From the human T2T-CHM13v2.0 reference genome, Homo sapiens: a DNA stretch of 64,000 nucleotides. Below the pieces are notes generated by a model. That model saw only the letters and a list, made by a program, of their open reading frames with translations, was not told the DNA's origin and did no database searches. Shown here one piece after another: positions 1 to 13,327 of this stretch. Every line of letters begins with the position of its first letter. Within the stretch, counting starts at the first letter, position 1. Location: NCBI RefSeq assembly GCF_009914755.1, contig NC_060934.1. One strand, 5' to 3'. The position numbers were made by a program, and so were the translations under genes.

Positions 1-79
1 ACATTTCAAATGCTGAGAATTATCAGGTGTCAAAAATGTGCTCCCCCTTCTAGAGATTAGGAGAAAATCTTTTCAAAAA

Positions 80-716
80 CTATAAAAGTGGGGCAGCCAC
101 TTTGTAAAATAGCCTGGCACTTCCTCAAAAGGTTAAAGATAGAGTCACCAGATGAGCCAATGGTTTCCATTCCTGGGTACATAACCAAGAAAAATGAAAA
201 CATGCCCTCACAAAGACTTGTACATGAATGTTCATAGCAGCATTATTCACATTAGCCAAAAAGTGGAAACAACCCAAATGCCCATCAACTGATGAACAAA
301 TAAAGAAAATGTGGTATATCCATACAATGGAATATTATTCTGCTGTAAAAAGTACTTATAAATTCTAAGTGGAAAGAAGACAGATAGGAAAGGCTACATG
401 TTATATATTCCATTTATATGAACATCACAGAATTAGGTGAATTTAGAGACAGAAAGAAGATTACTGGTTGCCTAGGGCTGAAGAAGGGGACCTGCTGAGG
501 GAAAATGGGGAGAAGCTCCTAACATGTACTAATGGGCATGGGGTTTCTTTTTGGAATGATGAAAATTTCTAAAATTGATTGTGATGTTGATTGCAGAACT
601 CTGTAAATATGCTAAAAAGCATTAAATTTTACACTTTGAATTGCATGTCAATTGTATGTCAAGTGAATTGTATGGTATATGAATTACCTCTCAATAAAGC
701 TGTTATTTAAAAAAAT
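80..716 (+). mobile_element. Old L1M (L1MB/L1MC-type) 3' end
   Basis: L1 3' motifs (atgttcatagcagcattattcac, aaatgtggtatatccatacaatggaatattattc), ending in tcaataaagctgtt plus an A-run. Confidence 0.8.
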
Positions 717-745
717 ACAGCAGATGTAACTTTAGCTCTGCTTGT

Positions 746-1107
746 GTTTTTTTTTTTTGCTTTCATTTTTTTCTGATTTTTTTTTCTATTTTATTTTATT
801 TTATTTTTACATGAATAAGTTCTTTAGTGGTGATTTCTGAGATTTCAGTGCACCCATCACTGGAGCAGTGGACGCTGTACCCAATGTGTAGTCTTTTATC
901 CCTCACCATCCCCTACTCTTTCCCCCAAGTCCCCAAAGTCTTATGCCTTGGCATGCTCATAGCTTAGTTCCCACTTATGAGTGAGAACATATGATGTTTG
1001 GTTTTCCATTCCTGAGTTACTTCACTTAGAATAATGGTCTCCATTTCCTTCCAGGTTGCTGCAAATGCCATTATTTCATTCCTTTTTATAGCTGAGTAGT
1101 ATTCCGT

Positions 1108-1153
<46 letters not shown>

Positions 1154-2387
1154 AAACAATTTCTTTATCCACTCAATGACTGATGGTCATTTGGGCTGGT
1201 TCCATATTTTTGCAATTGTGAATTGTGCTGCTATATACATGCATGTGAAAGTATGTTTTTCGTATAATGACTTCTTTTCCTCTGGGTAGATAGCCAGTAG
1301 TGGAATTGCTGGGTCAAACGGTAGTTCTGCTTTTAGTTTTTTAAGGAATCTTCACACTGTTTTCCATAGTGATTGTACTAGTTTACATTCCCACCTATAG
1401 TGTAAAAGTGTTCTCTTTTCACCACATCCATGCCAACATCTATTATTATTTGATTTGATTTTTTTTTATCATGGCCATTCTTTCAGGAGCAAGGTGGTAT
1501 CACATTGTGGTTTTGATTTGCATTTCTCTGATCATTAGTGATGTTGAGCATTTTTTTATATGTTTGTTGGCCATTTGTATATCTTCTTTTGATAATTGTC
1601 TAATCATGTCCTTAGCCCAATTTTTGATGGGATTGTTTGTTTTTTTCTTGCTAATTTATTTGAGTTCCTTATAGATTCTGGATATTGGTCCTTCGTCACA
1701 TGTGTAGATTGCAAAGATTTTCTCCCACTCTGTGGGCTGTTTGCTCTGCTGATTGTTTCTTTTGCTGTGTAGAATCTTGTTAGTTTAATTAAGTCCCATC
1801 TATTTATCTTTGTTTTTGTTACATTTGCTTTTGGGTTCCAGGTCATGAAGTCTTTGCCTAAGCCAAGGTCTAGCTTATCTTCTAGAACTTTTATGGTTTC
1901 AGGCCTTATATTTAAGTCTTTGATCCATCTTGAGTTGATTTTTGTATAAGGTAAGAGATGATCCAGTTTCATTCTTCTACATGTGGCTTGTCAAGCACCA
2001 TTTGTTGAATAGGGTGTCCTTTTCCCACTTTATGTTTTTCTTTGCTTTGTCGAAGATCAGTTGGATGAAAGTGCTTGGCTTTATTTCTGGGTTCTCTATT
2101 CTGTTCCATTGGTCTGTGTGCCTATTTTGTACCAGTACCATGCTGTTTTGGTGACTATGACATTATAGTATATTTGAAGTCAGGTAATGTGATGCCTCCA
2201 GATTTCTTCTTTTTGCTTAGTCTTTCTTTGGCTATGGGGGCACTTTTTTTGGTTCCATATGAATTTTAGTGTTGTTTATTCTAGTTCTGTGAAGAATGAT
2301 GGTGGTATTCTGATGGAAATTACATTGAATTTGTAGATTGCTTTTGGCAGTATTATCATTTTTACAAGATAGATTCTACCCATCCAG
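746..2387 (-). mobile_element. L1PB-type LINE, 5'-truncated (~1.6 kb), ORF2 C-terminal remnant plus 3'UTR
   Basis: T-rich tail at 746-810; L1PB-like 3'UTR (ataagttctttagtggtgatttctgagattt); ORF 1604-1972 reads [26 protein letters not shown], which is L1 ORF2p. Confidence 0.9.
1107..1150. repeat. (GT)n microsatellite inside the L1PB
   Basis: About 22 perfect GT units. Confidence 0.95.
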
Positions 2388-2631
2388 GTATGTCAATTGT
2401 ATTGTATGATATATGAATTATATCTCAATAAAGCTGTTACTAAAAAAATACAGCAGATGTAATTTTAGCTCCGCTTGTAGTTTTTAAAAATATGTCAGCA
2501 AAACACAGCCTTTAAATTCATCTAGTAGAGTAACAGAGCTGCTTAATATTGTGCCAAGTTAGGGGTCAGACAAGATCAGGCTGGAATAACCATGAAAAAT
2601 TGCAACCTTCAGAGACAGGATTCACTGTTTA

Positions 2632-3033
<402 letters not shown>

Positions 3034-3148
3034 CTAACCATCCAGGTTGCAGGATAAATGTCAGAGAAATTATGTAGAAGCTGATTTTTATCAATCTTGA
3101 AAAATTAGCTCTCCACTTACTCACTAAGCTGTAGTCACAGTGAGCTTC

Positions 3149-3511
3149 TGTAGTATCTTTATTAGCAGTGTGAGACTCTGTTCTCATGATGCTATTAAAG
3201 ACATACCTGAGACTGGGTAATTTATAAAGAAAAGAGGTTTAATTGACTCACAGTTCCACATGGCTGAGAAGCCCTCACAAGCATGATGGAAGGCAAAAGA
3301 GCAGCAAAGTCATTTCTTACATGATGGCAGGCAAAAGAGTGTGTGCTTCATAAAACCATCAGATCTCATGCGACTTATTCACTATCACAAGAACAGTATA
3401 GGGGAAACCGCCCCCATGATTCAATTATCTCCACCTGGCCCTGCCCTTGACACATGGGGATTATTACAATTCTAGGTGAGATCTGGGTGGGGACACAGCC
3501 AAACCATATCA
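3149..3511 (-). mobile_element. THE1 (MaLR) solo LTR
   Basis: tgta...ggggacacagccaaaccatatca; 5-bp TSD GCTTC at 3144-3148 and 3512-3516. Confidence 0.9.
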
Positions 3512-3544
3512 GCTTCCTAATGCTTTAATGAGTTCTACCTACCC

Positions 3545-3908
3545 CAGGGCCTTTGTATCTGCTTTCCTTGGCATCTGAGTCCTCACTCTTCCTCTAGGCC
3601 TCCACCTAGCAGGCTCCTCACCAATCAAGTCTCTGCTCCAATGTTGCTTTCTCAGGAAAACTTTCTTAGCTCCTGCTAGCGAAAATATTCTTCCTCTACC
3701 TAAGCTCTCTCTCTCTTTCCTCTGTTTTATTTTCTCCACAGCACATGAAATTCTCATGTGTTTATCAACTTCTTGCCTGCCTTCCTCACTGAAAGCAAGC
3801 TCCATAAGGATAGGGGCCCCACCTACCTGGTACTCTTAATATATCCCTGTACCTACAACACTGCCAGGTAGGCTAAGGGTACTCGATAAATATTTATTGA
3901 GTGAATGA
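3545..3908 (+). mobile_element. L2 3' end fragment
   Basis: aagctccataaggatagggg...ataaatatttattgagtgaatga is the L2 terminal motif. Confidence 0.65.
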
Positions 3909-4794
3909 TCTCCATGGTATGAGTCATAATCAACTTCCATATACAACACCCAAAATGGCAAGCCCTGTAGTTGATATTGCACCTTGTACAAGAGTCCAGA
4001 GAACAGTCTGCAGCTGCCTACTGGCTGAAAGGCCAAATGAGTCTCCTGGCTCACACTGGAAACCTAGTTGGCCACCAAGGACTTCCCGTGCCTTAGCACT
4101 AATCCTTCCTCACCCTAGTCTCAGGTCAGATGGCAGAGCACTCTCAGGGGCCTTTCCTGTGGGTTTATAAATAAGTCTGGGATCATTGTTGATCTTAGAC
4201 TGGCCTACATAGCATCTTGCCCTGAGTTTGCTCAGTGAGTGGGACAACTCCCAGTAAGATCAGTAAACAGTCATGCAGAGAACAGCCCAGAACAACACCC
4301 TGGGTCTAAGTGGTCATACAAACTCCACACATTTAAGATCCTCTCTCAAACCTTGCCCCCCATCACTACAGAGGCAGTTCATCCCAATTATGCGATAGAC
4401 TTAGGAATTTTTCATTCTTACTGGAATGGCTCTCTGGCTTACTGTTCTTGAAAGTCATTTTATTCAAGTGGACACTCAAATGTTACCCCATCTACAACTC
4501 TTAATGAGTCACTCAATGCTTCATAAACTGAAGAGTGCTGGTCACACAAGAGGTATTATTATAAAGGCCAAACAATTGGAAATTGTTTCCAAATTATACC
4601 AATACTTGTGAGTTCTTTGAAAACAAATTGCTTAAAATAGTATTTGAGATTTTTAAATTATTTAAAAAATTACATTAAAATGAGTTTTATGGGTACAGCT
4701 TTAATTTATTTGGGTACTGAACACAGAACAGTGATCTGAGACTCACATTTATAAGGCCTGACTTCATATTTAATAACAAAAAACAATGGAGCTT

Positions 4795-5309
4795 TGCCGA
4801 GACCAACTCAGTTGTGGAGACCCTAACCTAGCGGCATTAGAGGAATTAAAGACACACACACAGAAATATAGAGGTGTGGAGTGGGAAATCAGGGGTCTCA
4901 TAGCCTTCAGAGCTGAGAGCCTCGAACAGAGATTTACCCACATATTTATTGACAGCAAGCCAGTGATAAGCATTGTTTCTATAGATTATAGATTAACTAA
5001 AAGTATTCCTTGGGAAACAAAGGGATGGGCCGAAATAAAGTGATGGGCTCTGGCTAGTTATCTGCAGCGGGAGCATGCATGTCTTTAAGGCATAGATCGC
5101 TCATGCCACTGTTTGTGGTTTAAGAACGCCTTAAGTGGTTTACCGCCCTTGGTGGGCCAGGTGTTCCTTGCCCTCATTCCAGTAAACCCACAACCTTCCA
5201 GCATGGGCATCATGGCCATCATGAACATGTCACAGTGCTGCAGAGATTTTGTTTATGGCCAGTTTTAGGGCCAGTTTATGGCCAGATATGGGGGGGCCTG
5301 TTCCCAACA
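4795..5309 (-). mobile_element. MER9 solo LTR (HERV-K HML-3)
   Basis: Reverse complement starts tgttgggaacaggcccccc...tctggccataaactggcc; 6-bp TSD GAGCTT at 4789-4794 and 5310-5315. Confidence 0.9.
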
Positions 5310-6264
5310 GAGCTTAATGACTGGCGAATACATATGCCATTTTATTACAGACGGAAGCCTTAGAGAAGAGGAAACAGTTATCTGTAAAGTGAGACCTTGC
5401 AAATGGTCTCCTGACACATTTAGGACAGATGCAACAGGTTGCATTTTCACTCACTGAATCCTTGAGTTTAGGATTGGGGTGCCTCATTACAGTTCAAACC
5501 TCTTGTCTACCAAATGAGGAAGCAGTGAGGTAATTAACTTCTCTGGCTTGTTATGAGGCAGAATAACTGAATGGTTTTAATCATTTAACAACAGGATTCT
5601 AGAGGCAGATGGTTTTGAGCTGGGAGGTCTTGGTTCTCTCACCTTCTAGCTGCATCACCACAGTTAGGATGTCCTATATGAACCTGGGCGTTTTACTTCA
5701 TTTCTCTTAACCTGCATTTCCTTATCTATGAAATGGAAATACCTCATATACTTGTTAGTACAGATTGTTTCATGACGTATGCAAAACACAGCACAGTACA
5801 CTCTAATTCTAGATACTGACATATAAATAAAAAGGGTTCTTTCTGGAAGGCATTTTCTGACCTCTCTTCTCAACTCAGAATAATTTCTTCAAGGGACTAT
5901 AGCACTGGGAAGAATGCAAGTCCACTTGAATTAATACCAAGAGATTATGAAATTAATAGCACAGAGCTATCTGTGTTCAGGTATGCCAAGCTTATTAGTG
6001 GCAAGTTAAGAAACACCATCCACTTCAGTTGGAGGGTTAATTATAACAGCACTGATGGACATTAAGTTCTATGAAACATCACAGAATTCTACCAGAGGAA
6101 ATTATATGTTACCCAATCCATACTGTATACATACATATTTGCCATGGATATTGTTACAACCCTTTTCCAATTCTACTAAAGGCAGTCACAGATTCCTTAC
6201 CTCGAAGAGCTGCTCTTGTCTTCCTAATGTTTATAATAATGACTTGGATTTACATAACTCCTTT

Positions 6265-6662
6265 TGCAGCAGGACAAGCCACAGACAAAACTCCTCAGAC
6301 ACCCAGTTAAAAGAAGGAAGGGGTTTATTTGGCTGGGGGCATTGGCAAGACTCCTGTCTCAAGAGCCGAGCTCCCTGAGTGAGCAATTCCTGTCCCTTTC
6401 AAGGGCTGGGGGCTGCATGCACTGGTAATTAGATCAGAACAAAACAGGATAGGATTTCCACAGTGCTTTTCTATATAATGTCTGTAATCTGTAGATAACA
6501 TAACCAATTAGGTCAGGGGTCGATCTTTCACTACCAGGCCCAGGGTGTGGCACCGGGCTGTCTGCCCCGTGGATTTCATTTCTGCCTTTTAGTTTTTACT
6601 TTTTCTTTCTTTGGAGTCAGAAATTGGGCATAAGATAATATGAGGGGTGGTCTCCTCCCTTA
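6265..6662 (-). mobile_element. 3' LTR2 of provirus 1
   Basis: Reverse complement taagggaggagaccacccctcat...cctgctgca; AATAAA at about 6325-6330; 65-bp internal deletion relative to the 5' LTR. Confidence 0.9.
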
Positions 6663-6699
6663 TTCCCCCCCTTTGAGACTCTCACTCAATAGTGGAAGT

Positions 6700-8764
6700 T
6701 CTCACTTTCATTTTTACTACCCATGTCTTCTTGCAAGACAGATCAATAGTGATTCATATAGTACACTTGTGCTGAAGCATTTTGGTGAACTAAGGTAGTA
6801 ATGAAGATTTTATCATTTGAAGAAGTACAGGTAGCAAACAAGGGAGCAGTAAGCAGGTTCCTATTACTATTATAACTCTTATTATGAGAGTTTTAAATCC
6901 TCCTAGCACTGGGATTCATTTTCCAAACATGGCCCTAGGATCAAATCTATGCCACACTTGCATGGGCACATGTGCCAGTTTTGTCATATCTCTAACTATG
7001 TCTTCAACTACTTGCCTTTGATTTTCTATGTATAGGCAGGAATTAGTAAGGTTAAATTCCTTACAGACCTCTCCTTCAGCTGCTAGCAAGCAGTCGAGAG
7101 CTGATTTACTTTGATAGATAGCATTTCCCATCTGAGTTTCTTGCCAGGCCAGAAGAGTCAAGGCTCTGCTGGTTTTATTAGTGATTATTTTTAAGACAGC
7201 TTGTAACCGTATGATTTGGTTGATCATGTAAATGGGGGTCCGGTATCCCCACGGGCCATCTTGTGCCCAAGTAGCAGGCCCATAATATTGTATGATTATC
7301 TCAGGGGGCCATTTATCATTTTTTTAATTTCCTATAGCCATATTCTCTTTTTGCAGGAAGCATAGACAGGGAAGCCCAGGAGTTCACCTGTTTTTATGGG
7401 CAGTAGGAAGAAAGATGGTTTAATAGTGCCAATAACACAACTACCTGCCCACTGGTCAGGTAATTTGGTATAGCTCTATGCCCACATATCCAATATAATC
7501 CAGTGGGGGCTGTCCAGTCCTGGTGGGACTCTGGGTGAGTCCACACGGTTTGCAAATTTGGGAATTTACTAAATGGATTTCTCTCTGTGTGATGTGAACT
7601 CCACTAAGTGACTGTTTTTGTGGTACCATTATACAGTTTCTGTCTCAGACAACTAAGTCGTCCTGCGGGGTGAGTGAATTCTTTTCCTCCTCTAGCTATG
7701 CAATATTGTCCAATAATTGAGGCTTATAGGACCCAGAAATTAACAGGGTGAGTCTTTTGAGCCGGGAATGCATCAGGAACTGGGTCTGGAGGTACTAATT
7801 CTCGGGCTTCCCATGGCCATTGATCTCCCATTACAGTTCCTCCACATACATAACATGAAGTGACATTGAGAGACTGGGCTACGTGCTCAGCTAATTGCAA
7901 AAACAAACTTCTTGTTTTTCCTGGAATTTCTGGTACTGGCACATTTAGTTCATCATAGAAAGTTTGAAACACTGGCTCAGGAGAGCATTTGTAAACTTCT
8001 CCTTGAACCAAGATATTTACTCGAGGATCCAGTCCAGCCCGTCGATTCCTAAGGTCACACGCTCCCCTTTTTTCCAGCGAGGATCAAGGCGATTGGTTGT
8101 TACTAGCTCTAAGGAGTTACATTGTCTTTTAGTACAGGAAGGGACATTTTTTCCTTTCTGAAGGTGGGCTGGATCCTTTTCATTTTTTTTTTATCCAAGT
8201 GGCCTAAACGACACAAGACTACAAATGTAAATAAATGTATTTACATTTATTTCCACACAGTCCTAATTTATGACAGATGTACTTATTTTCTGCCATATAG
8301 CCTCTTTCCTAATTAAGAGAACCACACCTTATTCCTAACTTATTACTATTAATGAGAGCACAGGCATCAAATTTTAAGGTGACTTGTTTGGGCACCCCTT
8401 TTTCTTCTGTTTTGGCTAACACTTTACTTGTATCGTTTATGAGCCGCCACCAGTCCTCAGTCCTTAATCTCATTTTAAAAACTGTGGTCATGGGAGGCTC
8501 AGATGGGTCGTAACACACGTCAGGTTGATCATTTCCTGGGCTACACACCTTGTATAGAATAACATTATACAAACAATTTCTTTTTAGAGTTCCAGTACAC
8601 ATATAATAACCATAATATAATAGGACTGTAGCAACCTTTTGCCCTACCTCAGTGACTTGATGTATACACTGGGAACAGTCCTCAATCTGAGGAAAGTCAG
8701 TTGAAGTCCTTACTGTACAAGTCCAAATTTTAAGGAAAATGAGTCCCGCGATGAGTTTTCTCAT
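6700..8764 (-). pseudogene. HERV-E-like env remnant, broken by stops
   Basis: Fragments MRKLIAGLIFLKIWTCTV..DCSQCIHQVTEVG (signal/SU), [30 protein letters not shown], and a degenerate TM immunosuppressive domain [21 protein letters not shown]. Confidence 0.85.
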
Positions 8765-9070
8765 TCTTCGGCCATGCGTGGACCAGTCAGCTTCCAGGTG
8801 TGACTGGAGCAGGGCTTGTCATCTTCTTCAGAGTCACTTTGCAGGGGTTGGCGAAGCTGCTCCCATCCACATACCGCTCACAGTCTACTGATGTTTAAGG
8901 ATGGTCTCGGAGGTTGGGCCTGCTGGAATAAACTGAGTCCAACACCTTTATACAGTTACGTTCAGCTGGGCTCTCTGATACCAGAAGCAAGGTGGTGGGG
9001 TTTAGTGTGTTGCAAACTTCAATGGTTATGTGGGGATTTTCACATAAGCAAGCTTTGGTACTTGGTTGAT

Positions 9071-9400
9071 CTAGGATTTGTTAACCAATGATGTCATTAA
9101 AGTTACCACAGCATGCGGGGCCTTTATAGTCAGGTTCTGCCTAAGGGTTAGTTTATCTGCTTCTTGCACTAACAGGGCCGTTGCTGCTAGGGCCTTTAGA
9201 CCTGGGGGCCAGCCTTTGGAAACCCTGTCTAGTTGTTTTGAGAGATAGGCCACTGGCCTTGGCCAGGGCCCCACAGTCTGGGTTAAAACTCCAACTGCCA
9301 TTTTTTCCCTTTCTGACACATAGAGTGTGAAGAGTTTTGTCAGGTCAGGTAGCCTCAGGGCTGGGGCCGACATGAGTTTTTCTTTTAACTCATGAAAAGC
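9071..9400 (-). pseudogene. Gammaretroviral pol remnant (RT connection/tether region)
   Basis: APALRLPDLTKLFTLYVSERE..GVLTQ..PWPRPVAYLSKQLD..GWP motif. Confidence 0.85.
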
Positions 9401-9439
9401 TCGTTGCTGTTGGTTGTAATAGATGTAGTTTATCTAATC

Positions 9440-10800
9440 TACATTTCTATTAACTGTCACCTACCAAAATATTGACTCAAATCCTGCAGCTATTTGATTT
9501 AAAGCTTTAAATTGATCTGGTATTGCTCGTGGGACTCCAGTTGTGTCTAAATAGACATGAGAGTCGAAAGACCCATAAGGGGCTTCTCTTGCTTTACAAT
9601 GTCTTATTTTTTTTCCTTCTGGTTGATGAAATGCCAGGGCAAAAGGGATAGACAATTAGACTAAAGTACAATTGCCACTCCAGTTATTCGGCAGAGTGCC
9701 CAGTAAAGGTCCACCACAATACCACCACACATCCGCTCGGGGATGAACAAGGGCTGACTGATTGATAAGCTCTTGAAAATTCTTAAGCTCACTGCATCCT
9801 TTCAGGTCTCCAAGGAATGTTAAGTTTCCTCCCTGTCATGAGAGACACGAAGTGAACTTAGTGTTGGGAGATGGAGGCTGGATGGCCCTCGGGGGCTTAT
9901 CCACAGGGTGCTGGACTTTGGGATATAGCAGAGAGATCTTGGCACGACTTATTACTCCAGGCTGTAGAATCCTGGAAAAGAGCTACCATGCAGCCTATGC
10001 CTGGTTGACTGGAGGACCACCTTAGTGGAAAGGGGACAATCTGGGCCTCTGGCCTGCCATGTGCACAAGCATAACAATTGTTTTTGTTTAACATGCAGAT
10101 GGAATATTTGATCCATTTTAACCAGGCATTTGCATCTTGGTATCCTGTTTTAATTGCTTAAGTTTGTTTTAAGTCTTTAACTTCTATGATCCTCTAGTAA
10201 AATGAATGTATGGTTTTAGGAAATTACAAAAACCGGTTGGAGCAGTCCATCCTTGCTCTGTAGTGGTCCACAGAACGTTGGACCAACTATGGCATGAAAG
10301 TTCTACATCGGGGGGCAAGACTCCTGGTTGGCACCAGGATTTTATCAAAATCTCCCCAGATTAAATGGTCCTAGTTTACTAATGCCCAGTCTGAGGAGAG
10401 TCATGAGGGACAGAAGTACTTTTCTGAAGTAGAAAGCTGCTTTGACTTGGCAAGTCCCCACAGGGTATAATAAGGCAAGCATTAAATGCAATAGTTTGAG
10501 GTGAAATTGACTTGATTATGTTACTAACTAGATGCTTAGCAATAGAACGATGAAAGAGAAATAGAATAGATGAAAAGAGTTAAATTTTTCTTAGCTTTAG
10601 TTTGGTAGGGTTTTCCCCTGGGACTATGGCCCACGACTCTGGAGGGGGTGGCGCTTTCTTGACTCGGGTGTGATGAGTCCATCTTTTTTCTGCTATACGA
10701 ACAGAAGTCTTGGTGGTTAGCAGCACAAGGTAGGGTCCTTCCCAGGCTGGCTCGAGTTTTTCTTCTTTTCACCCTTTGATGAGAACGTGATCTTCAGGCT
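9440..10800 (-). pseudogene. Second, different env-like segment and an integrase C-terminal remnant (Harlequin mosaic segment, HERV-I/IP-like)
   Basis: NKNNCYACAHGRPEAQIVPFPL and VYLDTTGVPRAIPDQFKALNQIAAGFES. The equivalent region of provirus 2 reads LEPDWEGPYLVLLTT (integrase GPY/F motif). Confidence 0.65.
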
Positions 10801-12356
10801 AACGCTCGTTTACTGGAAATTCTAGGGGTGGTACATATGCTAAAAGACTTTTAGTTTTTGAGAGAAAGGAAAGTGGAAGATAAACCAAGTATATAACTTT
10901 TAAGAATTGACCTTTTGTTTTAAATGTGGGGACCTTAGCAGTGGACTTTATAGTCCTTAGTGCCTTTTTACTGAGAAATTTCCTTTAGCACCTATTTTTA
11001 TTAGTTTTTTAAACCAAAGAAACTCAAATACCATTTTACATTTAACAATGCTTCTCGTATGATTTTTATATCAGATAAGCTAAATTTTATCTTTATATTA
11101 GTATGTTATTAATGTTAAACCTAATTTTAATAAAACCTTGTAGATATATTTATCTAATTTTTAATGTCAGACCATAAGGTAAGATTTTATAAACTCTTTT
11201 TAACCTTTTATAATTTTTGCTAAAGAGCAGGTTGGTGCTTTAAGAAAAACCTGTTATGCTTTTACTTTAATGTCCAGTTCACAGCAAAACTGGATGATAC
11301 TTCTTTAACTTTAGTTAAGATGTTTACACACAGAATTTTCTTTATAATTAATATTTTAAAACTTGCTTAAATCTTCAAAACAATAATTTTTTTTAACTTT
11401 TTAATGTAGGTAAAAATGTACATTCTTATGCCTCCTTATAATCCTTTTACCAAAGGTATATTTTACTTTTCTTATACAACGTGCACATAAACTGTTTTGG
11501 TTTTTTTTTCAGTAGTTTTACATTCAGGAGGCCTAGTTACTTTTAAATTATACAACATTTTTTGCATAAATTCTTTTTTATAACATTTTTCTCTTTCATG
11601 ACTTTTGCAGACAATTCTTCGACATGTTGCTTCAACTTTCTGACTTATGACAAATATTTCTTTCTTTAAACAACCAGTTAATTTATTTCAGGACAAGAAT
11701 TTACCATACAATACTCTTTTTATATAAATTCCGCCCCCCCTTTTTTTCCTTTTTTTTTTTTCTTTAACCTTAGGATACTTCTGAACTGGTGAGGTGTGCT
11801 CACAATGACGTTTCCTCTAAAAGTTTTTTTTTTACTTTTTTGTTGTTGTTGTTAGCAAAGCAATTGCTGCTACAGATTGAATGCATTTGGGCCATCTGCG
11901 GGTTACTGGGTTAAGGATTTTTGATAGGAAGGCCTCAGTGCTTTCAGGATACTCCCTTGTTTACGCTGACTACAAAGTGGTATTGAAGTGTTATAGGGTT
12001 ACAGAGAATACCTTCAATTATCAATTATAGGTTTTAAATTTACCTTGGCTTTTAAAGGAATGGGTACACTTTTTTTTTTCTTAACTGCTTGTATATCTCT
12101 CTCTTTCTCTCTTTCTTTCTCTCTTTGACTTTCCCTCTCTCTCTTTTACTTTCCTTTTGCCTCTGTCTCTTCCTCTCTCTCTCTCTGCCTCTCTCTTTCT
12201 TTCTCTCTCGCTGTCTTTCTCCTTGACTTCCTCTTTGTCTGTCTCTTCCTCTCTGTCTCTTCCTTTCTCTCTTTGCCTCTTTTCCTCTCTGTCTCTTTCC
12301 TTTCTCTCTCTCTGCTGATCTTTCCTTGCCTCTGCCAGCCGCTTATGCTGCTGTTC

Positions 12357-12640
12357 TCAACCACTGTGTGTTGGGGGAGGGGGGTCTAAAACCAGCTGTA
12401 ACCAAGTGTCTACATACGGGAACTGGTCTGGGTTCCCTGGCTTAAAGGTTACCTTGTGCCATACCTTTGAAACAAGGGACCTGTCCAGGCTTCCTTCTAA
12501 TGGCCAACCTACCTCTAATGCTGGCCAGTCTCTCTTACACAAAGTTTTAAGTTTTCCTGGTGTCATAGTACTCCACAGTCTCCTTTAAATTCTTTTTTGA
12601 AATTTTTCAACATAGTTCCTAGTAGGGTGGGCTTATCTGT
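12357..12640 (-). pseudogene. gag matrix (MA) remnant
   Basis: MTPGKLKTLCKRDWPALEVGWPLEGSLDRSLVSKVW..PDQFPYVDTW is a gammaretroviral p15-like motif. Confidence 0.8.
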
Positions 12641-12715
12641 GCCTGACCTACTCTTCTTTGAGACAAAACACCACGCTCACACCACACGCACACCACAAAA
12701 GAACAGGTAAAAAGG

Positions 12716-12749
<34 letters not shown>

Positions 12750-13327
12750 ACAGTTTGCACCAAACCAAAATCAAAACCAAAATCAGAGTATCCAGAAATC
12801 CAAGCCAGGTCAAAACCAAAACTAAAGTATCAAGCAATCCAAGTCAAGTCAAAAACAAAAACCAAAGTGCCGGTACAGGCACACCATGGGTGATCAGGCC
12901 ACGCTTCCACTCAAATGGAGTAGGCAAGTTCCTAAGACCAGTCCTGTCAAGCAATTCAAACCAAGTCTAAACCAAAATCAAGTGCCAATAAAGGCACTCC
13001 ATGGGTGATCAGGCCACGCTTGCACTCAAACGGAGTGGGCAAGTTTCAAAGACTAGTCTTATCAAGTTTTAGATGTCCAGACTCCAAGTGCCCATTCCTT
13101 CCTGGTGTTCAGCCACTGCGTTGATCCTCCACAGGGGCCTGCCACACACTGCTCTGGTGAGGCGTCCCACTGGGGCAAATGCCTACCCGGGAGCGCTCTC
13201 AGGATCTGCGTCACTCGGGCTGGTAGGAGTCCCCCACAGGGATGTTCTACAGGGCAGGCTTAAGCCACCTAAGGAGCTGCCTCAACCATCTGCCAATCAC
13301 CTCACTTCCAGTCAGTGAACCAAGAAA

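Noticed and set aside
6916-8764. env as a possible domesticated (syncytin-like) gene
   Set aside because: It is split by several stops, and the furin site, ISD and CX6CC motifs are degenerate
12850-13070. ~120-bp duplicated unit and caaaac-rich repeats in the proviral leader, superficially array-like (also at about 50310-50520)
   Set aside because: Present in both proviruses, so it is a family feature; there are no unique spacers and it is not CRISPR-like
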